Shown: positions 34,570 to 42,951 of the stretch, piece after piece
Position numbering within the stretch: position 1 is the stretch's first letter
Layout: every line of letters starts with the position of its first letter
Assembly: GCA_964417685.1 (NCBI GenBank)
Contig: CAYQIT010000002.1
Span: forward strand, 1,593 to 65,592
Length of the DNA: 64,000 bases
From: an uncultured Gammaproteobacteria bacterium
GTDB lineage: Bacteria > Pseudomonadota > Gammaproteobacteria > Magnimaribacterales > D2472
Reading direction: 5' to 3'
Program-made: the position numbers and the translations under genes
The notes under the pieces: generated by a model
What the model was told of the DNA's origin: nothing
The model's input: the letters and a program-made list of their open reading frames with translations, nothing else
The model's database searches: none

Positions 34570-35426
34570 TTATCTCTATTAATAGAATTACTTAACAAGT
34601 TTAACATCTCATCTCTTACAGTTTTAATTTTAATTCGATGTGCTGATTTTTCTGCTGAATGAAAATAATTCATCGCAAGCTCATGGGTGGACTTAATACC
34701 GCCAAGGTCTGAGATTAAAGAATAAAGCTTGTTGTTATCTATAAAATCTTTTTTTAAAAAGCCCTTAAGAAGTTTTTCTTGAGCTTTATTTGCATTTTTA
34801 TAAGCAAAGTAAAATGGGTAAGTAATCTTTTTTTCTTTTATGTCTTGAAAATTAGGTTTGCCTGACGAGCTTTCAATCTTATAATCGAGCAAATCATCCT
34901 TTATTTGAAATAATATCCCTAAATTTTTTGAAAAATTGGTTGAATTTTTTATATATGAAGCATCTCCATTAGCCAAGATGGCGCCTGATCTTGCTGCTGC
35001 TTCGAATAGTCTTCCTGTCTTAAAGTAGCTTATCTTTAAGAGATTTTCTAAAGATATATTAATATTATTTATACCATCTAACTGGATTAGCTCTCCTTTT
35101 GAAATTTCATTCGTTGCATTAGAAAGCTCTTTTAGGATTCTCATATCATTTAATTCAACCATTAACATAAATGCTTTTGAGTAGATGTAATCACCTATAA
35201 GTACACTGTGCGAATTAGTCCATATGTTATTAACAGACGCTGCACCTCTCCTAGTTTGAGACGAGTCAACCACATCATCATGAACCAAAGTTGCTGTATG
35301 AAGAAGCTCTATAACGGATGCAAGCTTAAGTCTTTTATTAGCTTTTCTTTTATCTATTGATGAGGTAATTAACGATAGTTTTGCTCTAACTTGTTTGCCA
35401 TTTGATTGAAAAATATAATCATACAA
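34566..35426 (-). CDS. ispB: Octaprenyl/polyprenyl diphosphate synthase (frame stays open upstream; true start probably ~35507, see finding)
   Basis: [12 protein letters not shown] and FQIKDDLLD aspartate-rich motifs; divergent from rplU. Confidence 0.9.
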   Translation of the reverse strand: MYDYIFQSNGKQVRAKLSLITSSIDKRKANKRLKLASVIELLHTATLVHDDVVDSSQTRRGAASVNNIWTNSHSVLIGDYIYSKAFMLMVELNDMRILKELSNATNEISKGELIQLDGINNINISLENLLKISYFKTGRLFEAAARSGAILANGDASYIKNSTNFSKNLGILFQIKDDLLDYKIESSSGKPNFQDIKEKKITYPFYFAYKNANKAQEKLLKGFLKKDFIDNNKLYSLISDLGGIKSTHELAMNYFHSAEKSAHRIKIKTVRDEMLNLLSNSINRDK

Positions 35427-35541
35427 CTCAGATATAATTTCCTCTTCAATAATCTCATTTTTAAGAAGACTTTTTACCTTAGATAGTTCTTTATTTATAT
35501 TAATGATTTGAAAAACCCTCTTTAAAATTAATTAAAGCAAA

Positions 35542-35547
35542 ATTATA
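35542..35547 (-). promoter_or_regulatory. Putative -10 element for ispB-fabA-fabB
   Basis: TATAAT on minus strand ~22 nt upstream of the GAGG SD-like sequence; no clear -35. Confidence 0.45.
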
Positions 35548-35555
35548 CATAAGTA

Positions 35556-35584
35556 TTGATAAATTCTTCATTAAAGCGTATATT
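35556..35584 (+). promoter_or_regulatory. sigma70 promoter of rplU-rpmA-obgE
   Basis: TTGATA, 17-nt spacer, TATATT. Confidence 0.6.
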
Positions 35585-35607
35585 TTGCCACCTTTAGAGA
35601 TATTAAT

Positions 35608-35928
35608 ATGTATGCAGTAATAGAAACAGGCGGAAAACAACACAAAATTGAAAAAGGCATGAAATTGCCTGTAGATTTGTTAAAAGAAGAACCAGGTTCA
35701 AAGGTAACATTTGATAATGTTCTTTTATATGTTGATGGTGACAAAGTTGAGATAGGTCAGCCTTATCTCTCCAATGTTAAAGTGACCGCAGAGGTTGTGG
35801 ACATTGTTAAATCTGAGAAACTATCCATACTTAGATTCAGAAGAAGAAAGCATAGTATGAGAAAACTTGGACATAGAGCAAAACATTCACAAATTGAAAT
35901 TAAAGATATTAAGATAGAGAGTAAATAA
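35608..35928 (+). CDS. rplU: 50S ribosomal protein L21
   Basis: [17 protein letters not shown]...GHR. Confidence 0.98.
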   Translation: MYAVIETGGKQHKIEKGMKLPVDLLKEEPGSKVTFDNVLLYVDGDKVEIGQPYLSNVKVTAEVVDIVKSEKLSILRFRRRKHSMRKLGHRAKHSQIEIKDIKIESK

Positions 35929-36185
35929 TGGCACATAAGAAAGCAGGTGGTTCAAGTAAGAACGGAAGAGATTCCAACGCCAAAAGACTTGGCGTAAAAA
36001 GATTTGGTGGACAAACAGTTAAAGCTGGAGAGATTCTTATACGCCAAAGAGGAACCAATACTCATCCTGGAATTAATGTTGGCATTGGTAAAGACGACAC
36101 ACTTTTTGCAAAAACTGCTGGAACTGTGCAATTTACTTACAAAGGACCTAAAAGCAGAAAAACAGCCAACGTTATTCCTGTATAA
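35928..36185 (+). CDS. rpmA: 50S ribosomal protein L27
   Basis: [21 protein letters not shown]. Confidence 0.99.
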   Translation: MAHKKAGGSSKNGRDSNAKRLGVKRFGGQTVKAGEILIRQRGTNTHPGINVGIGKDDTLFAKTAGTVQFTYKGPKSRKTANVIPV

Positions 36186-36196
36186 AAACCTAAATC

Positions 36197-37216
36197 ATGA
36201 ACTTCATTGACGAGGCCTTTCTCGAAGTAAGGGCTGGAAATGGAGGAGCTGGTGCGTCTAGTTTCAGAAGAGAGAAATACATACCATTTGGTGGACCAGA
36301 TGGAGGTGACGGCGGAAAGGGTGGAGACATTATTTTTCAAGTCAATAAAAATAAAAATACTCTAATTGATTTTCAAAACAAAAAAGTTTTTATAGCTAAA
36401 AATGGTAGACCTGGTTCAGGTAAAAATAAATCAGGTGCTGCAGCAGAGGATCTTGTTATAGACGTGCCAAAGGGTACAGTTATTTATGATGATTTGTCCA
36501 ATGAGCAATTGTTAGATTGTTGTGATGATGATGTTTCTTACACTGTTGCTGTGGGCGGTGACGGCGGTCAAGGAAATGCTAGATTTAAGTCAAGTACAAA
36601 TCAAGCGCCAAGAAAGTTTACTTTGGGTTTTGAAGGAGAAATAAGATCAATAAGACTTGAACTTAAGTCTTTAGCAGATGTTGGCTTGGTTGGATTTCCT
36701 AATGCAGGAAAATCAACCTTTTTAAATAAGGTTTCATCTGCAAAACCAAAAATTGGAAGCTATCCGTTCACAACCTTAAGACCTCACCTTGGTACTATTA
36801 GAGGTAACGACTCTAGTTTTGTAATAGCTGACATACCAGGACTAATTGAAGGCGCATCAGAAGGGGCTGGGCTGGGCATTAAATTTCTCCAACATATCTC
36901 AAGAACTGGGTTGTTGCTAATATTTGTAGATTTATTTTCAACAGAAGAAAATAATCATATTCAGCAAATCGAACTATTAAAAAAGGAGCTAAGCCTCTAT
37001 AAAGAAGACCTAACTCAAAAGGTTTCATGGATAGTATGTAATAAAATTGACCTTATCAACGATGAAGAAATAGAAGGTATATCTAATAATATTCAGAACC
37101 AGCTCAAAATAAGTAAAAAAGATATATTCTTTATCTCAGCCGCAACAGGAGCAGGTACAGAAATTCTTCTGAAGTCTTTAGAAGAGGTGATAGTGAGAAG
37201 TAAAGAGGATCTCTAG
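36197..37216 (+). CDS. obgE: Obg family GTPase ObgE/CgtA
   Basis: Gly-rich Obg fold GGPDGGDGG; GFPNAGKS, YPFTT, DIPG, NKID. Confidence 0.98.
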   Translation: MNFIDEAFLEVRAGNGGAGASSFRREKYIPFGGPDGGDGGKGGDIIFQVNKNKNTLIDFQNKKVFIAKNGRPGSGKNKSGAAAEDLVIDVPKGTVIYDDLSNEQLLDCCDDDVSYTVAVGGDGGQGNARFKSSTNQAPRKFTLGFEGEIRSIRLELKSLADVGLVGFPNAGKSTFLNKVSSAKPKIGSYPFTTLRPHLGTIRGNDSSFVIADIPGLIEGASEGAGLGIKFLQHISRTGLLLIFVDLFSTEENNHIQQIELLKKELSLYKEDLTQKVSWIVCNKIDLINDEEIEGISNNIQNQLKISKKDIFFISAATGAGTEILLKSLEEVIVRSKEDL

Positions 37217-37476
37217 CCTAGGTTCTTAATAGCTTTTGTCAGTCTGCTTTTAGTTCTTGCTGCAGCATTTTTGTGTATTACTTTTTTTGATGCTGATGAG
37301 TCAAGTACTTTTTCCGCCTTAACAAGCAGTTCTTTAGCTTTTACAGAATCATTAGCTTCAATAGAAGCTCTGACTGCTTTTACTGCAGTTCTCACCACAG
37401 ACCTTTGTGCATGTCTTAACTTATAAGTTTGAGCATTTTGTTTAGCTCTTTTACTTGCTTGTTTTGAGTTCGCCAT
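37213..37476 (-). CDS. rpsT: 30S ribosomal protein S20
   Basis: MANSKQASKRA, IHKNAAARTKSRL. Confidence 0.98.
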   Translation of the reverse strand: MANSKQASKRAKQNAQTYKLRHAQRSVVRTAVKAVRASIEANDSVKAKELLVKAEKVLDSSASKKVIHKNAAARTKSRLTKAIKNLG

Positions 37477-37503
37477 AATTCTATATATTTAAAAAGAATG
37501 CGT

Positions 37504-37532
37504 AGTTTAATGATCTAAGCAGTATATGTCTA
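37504..37532 (-). promoter_or_regulatory. sigma70 promoter of rpsT
   Basis: Minus strand TAGACA, 17-nt spacer, TAAACT, then ACGC. Confidence 0.65.
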
Positions 37533-37548
37533 TATAAATGTAAATAAT

Positions 37549-38058
37549 TTATTCCATGAGTTTTCTAGCTTTATTTATGCAATCTCCAGCAGGATTCCAA
37601 AACCATCCTTTAGGATCCCAAGCTCTTCCATGCGCAAGAAATATACATTGTGAATAAGCTTTCTTTGCTAGCTCAATTTCACCCAGTTTCTCGTGAGCAA
37701 CTGCTTTGGCCCAAAGAGCCATTGAAACATCATTTACAGCCCAATTCTTGTGAATTTTTTCTTTCTCGTTTCTGGTTACTCTTCCAACTGGAGGATACTT
37801 AACTTTGTTTGCATCGAGTTCTTTTTGCATGATTACAGCTTCCGTTGCAAAAACATTGAAACATGCATCAACAACCTTAATAGATTCTGCATATTTATTC
37901 TGGGAAAATAGTTCAATAGCTTCTCCAGCCCATAACGCAGAGTCACCTACGTCAGGATCAGTTGAATAACAGTTAAAATGACTATGATTGCCATCAGCAT
38001 TAATGTTAGTAGAAAATAGAACCACCAAGAGTGATATATATAAATTATTGAGATTCAT
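37549..38058 (-). CDS. Hypothetical secreted helical (TPR-like) protein with WDPKGWFW motif
   Basis: 169-aa ORF filling the ssrA-rpsT gap; hydrophobic N-terminal signal peptide ending INA; TPR-like helix pair ALWAKAVAHEKLGEIELAKKAY; four Cys. Confidence 0.8.
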   Translation of the reverse strand: MNLNNLYISLLVVLFSTNINADGNHSHFNCYSTDPDVGDSALWAGEAIELFSQNKYAESIKVVDACFNVFATEAVIMQKELDANKVKYPPVGRVTRNEKEKIHKNWAVNDVSMALWAKAVAHEKLGEIELAKKAYSQCIFLAHGRAWDPKGWFWNPAGDCINKARKLME

Positions 38059-38117
38059 AATTATTTTTTAAATTAATTTCGAGTTAAAGATATATTATTG
38101 ATAGAGTCTTTGCAACA

Positions 38118-38466
38118 TGGTGGAGGCGGCGGGAATTGAACCCGCGTCCATTAATCCTTCAGCCTAACTTCTACATGCATAGCTCACCCAATTGGCTTTT
38201 TAACTTTATCGACCCGAGGAGCAGGGTGAAAAAGCGAGCTTGATTAAGTTTAACCAAACTGTGTCCAAGCAACACAGCTTGGCTAGACTATGTGTTTTGC
38301 CGATGCTTCAAACCATAGTCAATTCTTGCATCGGTTAGCATTAAGCTGCTAAAGCGTAGTTGTCGTTATTTGCAACTAAATTTTTTGTAGTATGTTTTAC
38401 AAGAATTACCACAATCTTGGCATGCGCTTCGGAGTCCAGTAGAAATGTCGAACCCTGTTCGCCCCC
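38118..38466 (-). ncRNA. ssrA: tmRNA
   Basis: 5' GGGGGCG pairs with 3' CGCCTCC-ACCA (G3.U70 alanine identity); T-arm GCGGG-TTCAATT-CCCGC; tag ORF 38373-38341 encodes ANNDNYALAA*; 20 nt downstream of smpB. Confidence 0.97.
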
Positions 38467-38478
38467 ATGGGGTAGAGA

Positions 38479-38484
38479 ATTATA
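38479..38484 (-). promoter_or_regulatory. Putative -10 element for ssrA
   Basis: TATAAT 12 nt upstream of the mature tmRNA 5' end, just after the smpB stop. Confidence 0.5.
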
Positions 38485-38486
38485 CA

Positions 38487-38960
38487 TTATCTATTCGTTT
38501 TTGATGAATTTTTAAGAATCCTGCCTTGGCTTCTTTCCCAGTCTCTTTTTTTAATATCTTGTCTTTGATCTACTAGTTTCTTACCTTTACCAGTAGCAAT
38601 ATCGCACTTAACATGATTATTTTTCCAATACATATTAGTCATAATAATTGTAAGACTCTTTTCACCTTTAAGCTTTTGTAGTTGAGCTATTTCTTTTTTG
38701 TTCAATAATAATTTTCTTGTCCTAAGGGGATCTACATCAAAATTTTTTAAAGATGAAGGAGGGTCAATTTTTATACCTATAAGCCATGCTTCATTCTTTT
38801 TAAAAGTAACGTAACTATTCTTAACATCTACTTTTTTTTCTCTTAATGATTTTACCTCCCAGCCCTCAAGCACAATTCCAGCTTGAAAAGATTCGCCAAG
38901 TTTATAGTTTCTTGTTGCAGTTTTATTCCTTACAATTAAATTGGAATTATCTTTAGACAT
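38487..38960 (-). CDS. smpB: SsrA-binding protein
   Basis: AGIVLEGWEVKSLR, RTRKLLLNKKEI, GKGKKLVDQRQDIKKRDW. Confidence 0.98.
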   Translation of the reverse strand: MSKDNSNLIVRNKTATRNYKLGESFQAGIVLEGWEVKSLREKKVDVKNSYVTFKKNEAWLIGIKIDPPSSLKNFDVDPLRTRKLLLNKKEIAQLQKLKGEKSLTIIMTNMYWKNNHVKCDIATGKGKKLVDQRQDIKKRDWERSQGRILKNSSKTNR

Positions 38961-39012
38961 ATCATTATTATGTCTTTTGATACATCATGTGCAACTAAAA
39001 GATAATAAAAAA

Positions 39013-39474
39013 TTGGATATCAATAACTTAAAATCAACATATGGCCATTTGGGCTTTATACCATTTGCCATATTTTCCATTATCCCATGGGTATTTGGTT
39101 GGACCTATGCTGAAATTTCAATTAAGTGTCAATTATTATATGGAGGAGCAGTTTTAAGTTTTCTTTCAGGTATGACTTGGGGGTGGGAAGATAATCAACC
39201 CCATCAAAAATTTAATTTATCTATGGGTATAGTCTTTAGCCTAATAGGTATTGCAATTATTTTTATGGTCTTTTTTGAATTAATATTTTTTGCACTTATA
39301 GCCTCAATGATCGTCTTTCAATTGTTTTATCGTTTTGAAAAATCATCACATGATTTTAAGGAAAAGAATGATGATTATAAAAAATTTAGAAAGATGTTAT
39401 CTTTATTAGTATCAATTAGTTTTTTGATATCATTTGCATATTGGATAAACCCTTACAGTAACCCTATAACTTAA
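39013..39474 (+). CDS. DUF3429-like membrane protein (likely TTG start 39013; track start 38941 overlaps smpB)
   Basis: LGFIPF, YGGAVLSFLSGMTWG pattern, several TM helices, C-terminal Y..FR..L. Confidence 0.7.
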   Translation: MDINNLKSTYGHLGFIPFAIFSIIPWVFGWTYAEISIKCQLLYGGAVLSFLSGMTWGWEDNQPHQKFNLSMGIVFSLIGIAIIFMVFFELIFFALIASMIVFQLFYRFEKSSHDFKEKNDDYKKFRKMLSLLVSISFLISFAYWINPYSNPIT

Positions 39475-39481
39475 AAACATT

Positions 39482-40837
39482 ATGGAATTAGAAAAACAAC
39501 TTAAATCGCATGGTTCATGGATAGGTAAATGGACTTTTATATTAGCTGCCAGTGGATCGGCCGTTGGCCTAGGTAATATTTGGGGCTTTCCCTACAAGGC
39601 TGGAACAAATGGGGGAGGCGCCTTCGTTTTAATTTATCTTACGTGTATTTTGATAATAGGGCTTCCAATTATGATAAGTGAGGTTGTTATTGGAAGAAGG
39701 GCTGGAAATAGCCCAGTTAATGCAATGAGGAAGATGGCAATTAATTCAAACAGAACTCCTCTTTGGAGGTTTGTTGGATGGAGTGGAATTCTTGCTGGAA
39801 TTCTTATCTTATCTTTTTATAGTGTTATAGCTGGTATATGTTTAAATTATATTTTTATTTCTGCAAGTTCATTAGGAGACATAAGCTCAACTGATCAATT
39901 TGGTAGCGTAATATCATCTCCTGTAAATCTAATGTTTTGGCATACACTTTTTATGGTTTTAACCGCCTTGATTGTATCTGCAGGAATTAAAGACGGTATT
40001 GGAAAAATGGTAAAAATTTTAATGCCTATGCTTGGTTTCTTGATGATATTCATGGTTATTTATGCAATGGTTAACGGTGATTTTAGTCAAGCAATGAACT
40101 TTCTATTTGCTCCTGACTTCTCAATCGTTACCTCCGACACCTTATTACAAGCAATGGGACAAGCATTTTTTAGTTTAGGATTGGGAATGGGTTCTATTAT
40201 GGCTTACGGAGCTTATATGGCTAAAGATCAAGATATTTTTAGTAATTCAACTTCAGTAGCATCACTTGATACCATGGTAGCAATAATTGCAGGTATAGCT
40301 ATATTCCCTATTATATTTGCATTTAATTTAGAGCCAAATAGCGGTCCTGGTCTTGTTTTCGTATCTATGTTATCTGCATTTAATCAAATGCAGTTTGGCT
40401 ATATTATTGGGCCACTATTTTTTATACTACTTTCTATTGCTGCGCTAAGCTCCTCTATTTCTTTGCTTGAACCTGGAGTAGCCTATCTTTCTGAAGAAGA
40501 TATTCTGTCAAGAAGAAAGTCTGCAGCTTTGATATCTTCTGTTGCATGGGTATTGGGAATTGGGTCCGCTCTTAGTTTTAATATTTGGTCTGATCTAACA
40601 TTTATATCTGATAGAAATTTTTTAGATTCTATAGAGTTTATCACCAACCAGATACTTCTCCCTGTGGGAGGAATGTTCATTGCAATTTTCGTTGGTTGGT
40701 TTATGTCAAAATCTATTATTAAAGATGAGATAGGAAGAATTAATCCAATTTTATTTAATTTGTGGTTATTCTTTGTAAAGTTCATTGCTCCAACAGGGGT
40801 TGCTCTTGTTATATTTTTTCAATTTTTTCCAATTTAA
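39482..40837 (+). CDS. Sodium-dependent transporter, NSS/SNF (LeuT) family
   Basis: GSAVGLGNIW.FPY, GGGAF, QAFFSLGLGMG, GPGLVF, AALSSSISLLE. Confidence 0.95.
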   Translation: MELEKQLKSHGSWIGKWTFILAASGSAVGLGNIWGFPYKAGTNGGGAFVLIYLTCILIIGLPIMISEVVIGRRAGNSPVNAMRKMAINSNRTPLWRFVGWSGILAGILILSFYSVIAGICLNYIFISASSLGDISSTDQFGSVISSPVNLMFWHTLFMVLTALIVSAGIKDGIGKMVKILMPMLGFLMIFMVIYAMVNGDFSQAMNFLFAPDFSIVTSDTLLQAMGQAFFSLGLGMGSIMAYGAYMAKDQDIFSNSTSVASLDTMVAIIAGIAIFPIIFAFNLEPNSGPGLVFVSMLSAFNQMQFGYIIGPLFFILLSIAALSSSISLLEPGVAYLSEEDILSRRKSAALISSVAWVLGIGSALSFNIWSDLTFISDRNFLDSIEFITNQILLPVGGMFIAIFVGWFMSKSIIKDEIGRINPILFNLWLFFVKFIAPTGVALVIFFQFFPI

Positions 40838-41254
40838 ATGGCGAGAAGTATTTCTTATGCAAGAAAGATTTCAGAGCCAATAGATAGAGCATTTGAAATA
40901 ATTTCTACATATGAAAACTACAAGAACTTTATTCCTGGCTGCATTGATTCAAGAGTTATATCTGAAGAAGGAGATATTCAAGTTGGACAGCTTGAGTTTG
41001 AGATGTTTGGCAAGAGTTATTTAATTGAATCAAAAAATAAGCAATCTGATTTCAAGCTTGAAATTGAGCAAATTAGAGGGCCTTTTGAAAGCTTCAAAGG
41101 TTGCTGGAGTCTTATTGAAAAAGAAAAAAAAACAGAAATTTCTTTTAATGCAGTCTTTACGTTACCTTTCCTTATAAATGCAGTAACACCTGACTCATTA
41201 ATTAACAAATTATCTGAAACAATCATTGAATCATTTATTGCAAAATTATCATGA
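40838..41254 (+). CDS. ratA: RatA/PasT (Coq10-like START domain protein)
   Basis: YKNFIPGC, GPFESFKGCW; conserved position near smpB and bamE. Confidence 0.85.
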   Translation: MARSISYARKISEPIDRAFEIISTYENYKNFIPGCIDSRVISEEGDIQVGQLEFEMFGKSYLIESKNKQSDFKLEIEQIRGPFESFKGCWSLIEKEKKTEISFNAVFTLPFLINAVTPDSLINKLSETIIESFIAKLS

Positions 41255-41529
41255 AAGTATTTTTTTCATACTCTAATAGCAAAGAAACTTATCTCTATGA
41301 ACTTGAGGTTGCGTCTGGTACCACAGCATCCCAATTATTAGAAGTTGATCTGGTTAAAAAGCTCTCTTCAGCATTTCCAAAAGATTACAAAATAGGAGTT
41401 AATAGCGAACTGCTGGATGGAGAATTTAGACCTACCCCAGAAAAATATAGGTTAAAAGAGGGGGAAAGAGTTGAGATTTACAGATTTTTAAAACAAGATC
41501 CAAAAGAGAGAAGGAGAAAAAATATTTAG
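41251..41529 (+). CDS. ratB: RatB/RnfH family ubiquitin-like protein
   Basis: LKEGERVEIYRFLKQDPKERRR C-terminal signature. Confidence 0.85.
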   Translation: MKVFFSYSNSKETYLYELEVASGTTASQLLEVDLVKKLSSAFPKDYKIGVNSELLDGEFRPTPEKYRLKEGERVEIYRFLKQDPKERRRKNI

Positions 41530-41867
41530 TTTTCTTTAGATGGCCTTTCTAAAATCCAGCTATCAACTAGACCCTCTTCATTAAAAAAAATTGATAACTT
41601 TTGCTCAGTTATCTTTACCTCCCCAATGGTTACAGAATTAAAATAATCCCATCTATTATTTTTATGGAATGGATCCATAATTACTGCTTTACCAAACAAG
41701 AAATCTACTTGAGTTTTTGTCATTCCCTTCTCAAGTTTATTTATTTCCTTTTCTTCAAATATATTCCCTTGCATTATTGGAACTTTATATGGCTCAAAAA
41801 AAGTACACGATGATGTAACTGCAATCATTAGTACAGTAAAAAATAATTTTGTATTGAGTTGTTTCAT
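41526..41867 (-). CDS. bamE: Outer membrane protein assembly lipoprotein BamE (ATG 41867; track TTG 41873)
   Basis: Lipobox TSSC, QGN, GMTKTQV, DPF..NRWDY. Confidence 0.92.
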   Translation of the reverse strand: MKQLNTKLFFTVLMIAVTSSCTFFEPYKVPIMQGNIFEEKEINKLEKGMTKTQVDFLFGKAVIMDPFHKNNRWDYFNSVTIGEVKITEQKLSIFFNEEGLVDSWILERPSKEN

Positions 41868-41943
41868 GTGCAAGATGGATTATACTTTGTAAAAATGTTT
41901 AAGTCTTATCTAATCATTAATTAGACATTAGAAATAGAAAAAA

Positions 41944-42348
41944 ATGCCAAAAAAGAATAAAGAATTACAAAAAGCCGGACTTAAAGCGACTTTACCAAGA
42001 ATTAAAATCCTTGAAGTTCTAGAATCTAAGGGTCACCTCAGTGCTGAAGATATTTATAAGGAATTAATTATTTTAGATGAAGATGTTGGCTTAGCTACAA
42101 TTTATAGAGTATTAACTCAGTTTGAGTCTGCTGGCATTGTGATAAAGCATAACTTTGAAGAAGGGCATGCTGTCTATGAAATCGTTTCTGATGAACATCA
42201 TGACCATATGGTTTGTATTGAAACAGGAAAGATTTATGAGTTTCATGATGAGGTTATTGAGAGAAGACAGTCTGAAATTGCCAAAGATCATGGCTTTGAA
42301 ATCGTTGACCATAATATGGTTTTATACGTCAAAAAATTAGAATCATAA
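41944..42348 (+). CDS. fur: Ferric uptake regulator (no CxxC)
   Basis: GLKATLPR, GLATIYRVLTQF, HHDHMVC; divergent from bamE. Confidence 0.97.
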   Translation: MPKKNKELQKAGLKATLPRIKILEVLESKGHLSAEDIYKELIILDEDVGLATIYRVLTQFESAGIVIKHNFEEGHAVYEIVSDEHHDHMVCIETGKIYEFHDEVIERRQSEIAKDHGFEIVDHNMVLYVKKLES

Positions 42349-42361
42349 ATCTAAAAATACT

Positions 42362-42387
42362 CTTGAACTAATAATTTGTACCCATAT
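42362..42387 (+). promoter_or_regulatory. Putative sigma32 heat-shock promoter of grpE-dnaK-dnaJ
   Basis: CTTGAA (42362-67), 13 nt, CCCATAT (42381-87); spacer at the short end of consensus; no CIRCE. Confidence 0.6.
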
Positions 42388-42410
42388 ATACATCGTATAG
42401 AGGGTAAATT

Positions 42411-42935
42411 ATGTCAAAAGAAACTAAAGAAGAAGCTACAGATTCATTAGTCGAAGAGCAAACTGATGTTAATGAAACTATCGAAACAGATAGCTATGAA
42501 GAGCTTCTTGAAAAAAAAGATAATCTTGAAAAATTATTGCTTAGAGCAACTGCTGATCTTGATAATGCCATAAAAAGAACTTCCTCCGAGGTTGATAAGG
42601 CTCATAAATATGGTGTTGAGAGGCTTCTAAATGAACTTCTTCCAGTGGTTGATAATTTAGAACATGCTTTAGAAAAGTTATCTGACGATGCATCAAAGGA
42701 AGATAAAGAAGGGATCGAATTAACTTTAAAATCTTTTGAATCTGCTCTTGATAAATTTGGAATGAGACCTATTTATCCTGAAAATGAACAATTTAATCCA
42801 GAAAAACATGAGGCAGTTTCAGTTGTTCCTGATGAGGGCAAAGATGATGGCTTGGTGGGAGAAATATTTCAAAGGGGTTGGGAGCTCCATAATAGAATTT
42901 TAAGACCGGCCAGAGTGACGGTAATTAAGAATTAA
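42411..42935 (+). CDS. grpE: Nucleotide exchange factor GrpE
   Basis: LLPVVDNLEHAL, FNPEKHEA, RILRPARV. Confidence 0.98.
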   Translation: MSKETKEEATDSLVEEQTDVNETIETDSYEELLEKKDNLEKLLLRATADLDNAIKRTSSEVDKAHKYGVERLLNELLPVVDNLEHALEKLSDDASKEDKEGIELTLKSFESALDKFGMRPIYPENEQFNPEKHEAVSVVPDEGKDDGLVGEIFQRGWELHNRILRPARVTVIKN

Positions 42936-42951
42936 AAAATAGAGGTAAATT

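Noticed and set aside
37100-37216. ObgE lacking the acidic C-terminal tail of E. coli ObgE
   Set aside because: The Obg C-terminus is known to vary widely among bacteria; not distinctive
37477-38117. Genomic island integrated at the tmRNA 3' end
   Set aside because: No duplicate of the tmRNA 3' sequence on the far side of the orphan, no integrase, and no obvious compositional shift by eye
38463-38472. Perfect palindrome CCCCATGGGG at the tmRNA 5' boundary
   Set aside because: Half of it is the obligatory G-run of the acceptor stem; there is no loop for a stable hairpin; probably chance
38955-38975. 7-bp hairpin AGACATA/TATGTCT covering the smpB start codon
   Set aside because: AT-rich and weak; expected by chance at this base composition
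41905-41925. Possible Fur box (TAATCATTA core) upstream of fur
   Set aside because: Only about 10 of 19 positions match the consensus in very AT-rich DNA; not distinguishable from background
42349-42410. CIRCE/HrcA operator before grpE
   Set aside because: No TTAGCACTC-N9-GAGTGCTAA; the spacer fits a sigma32 promoter instead
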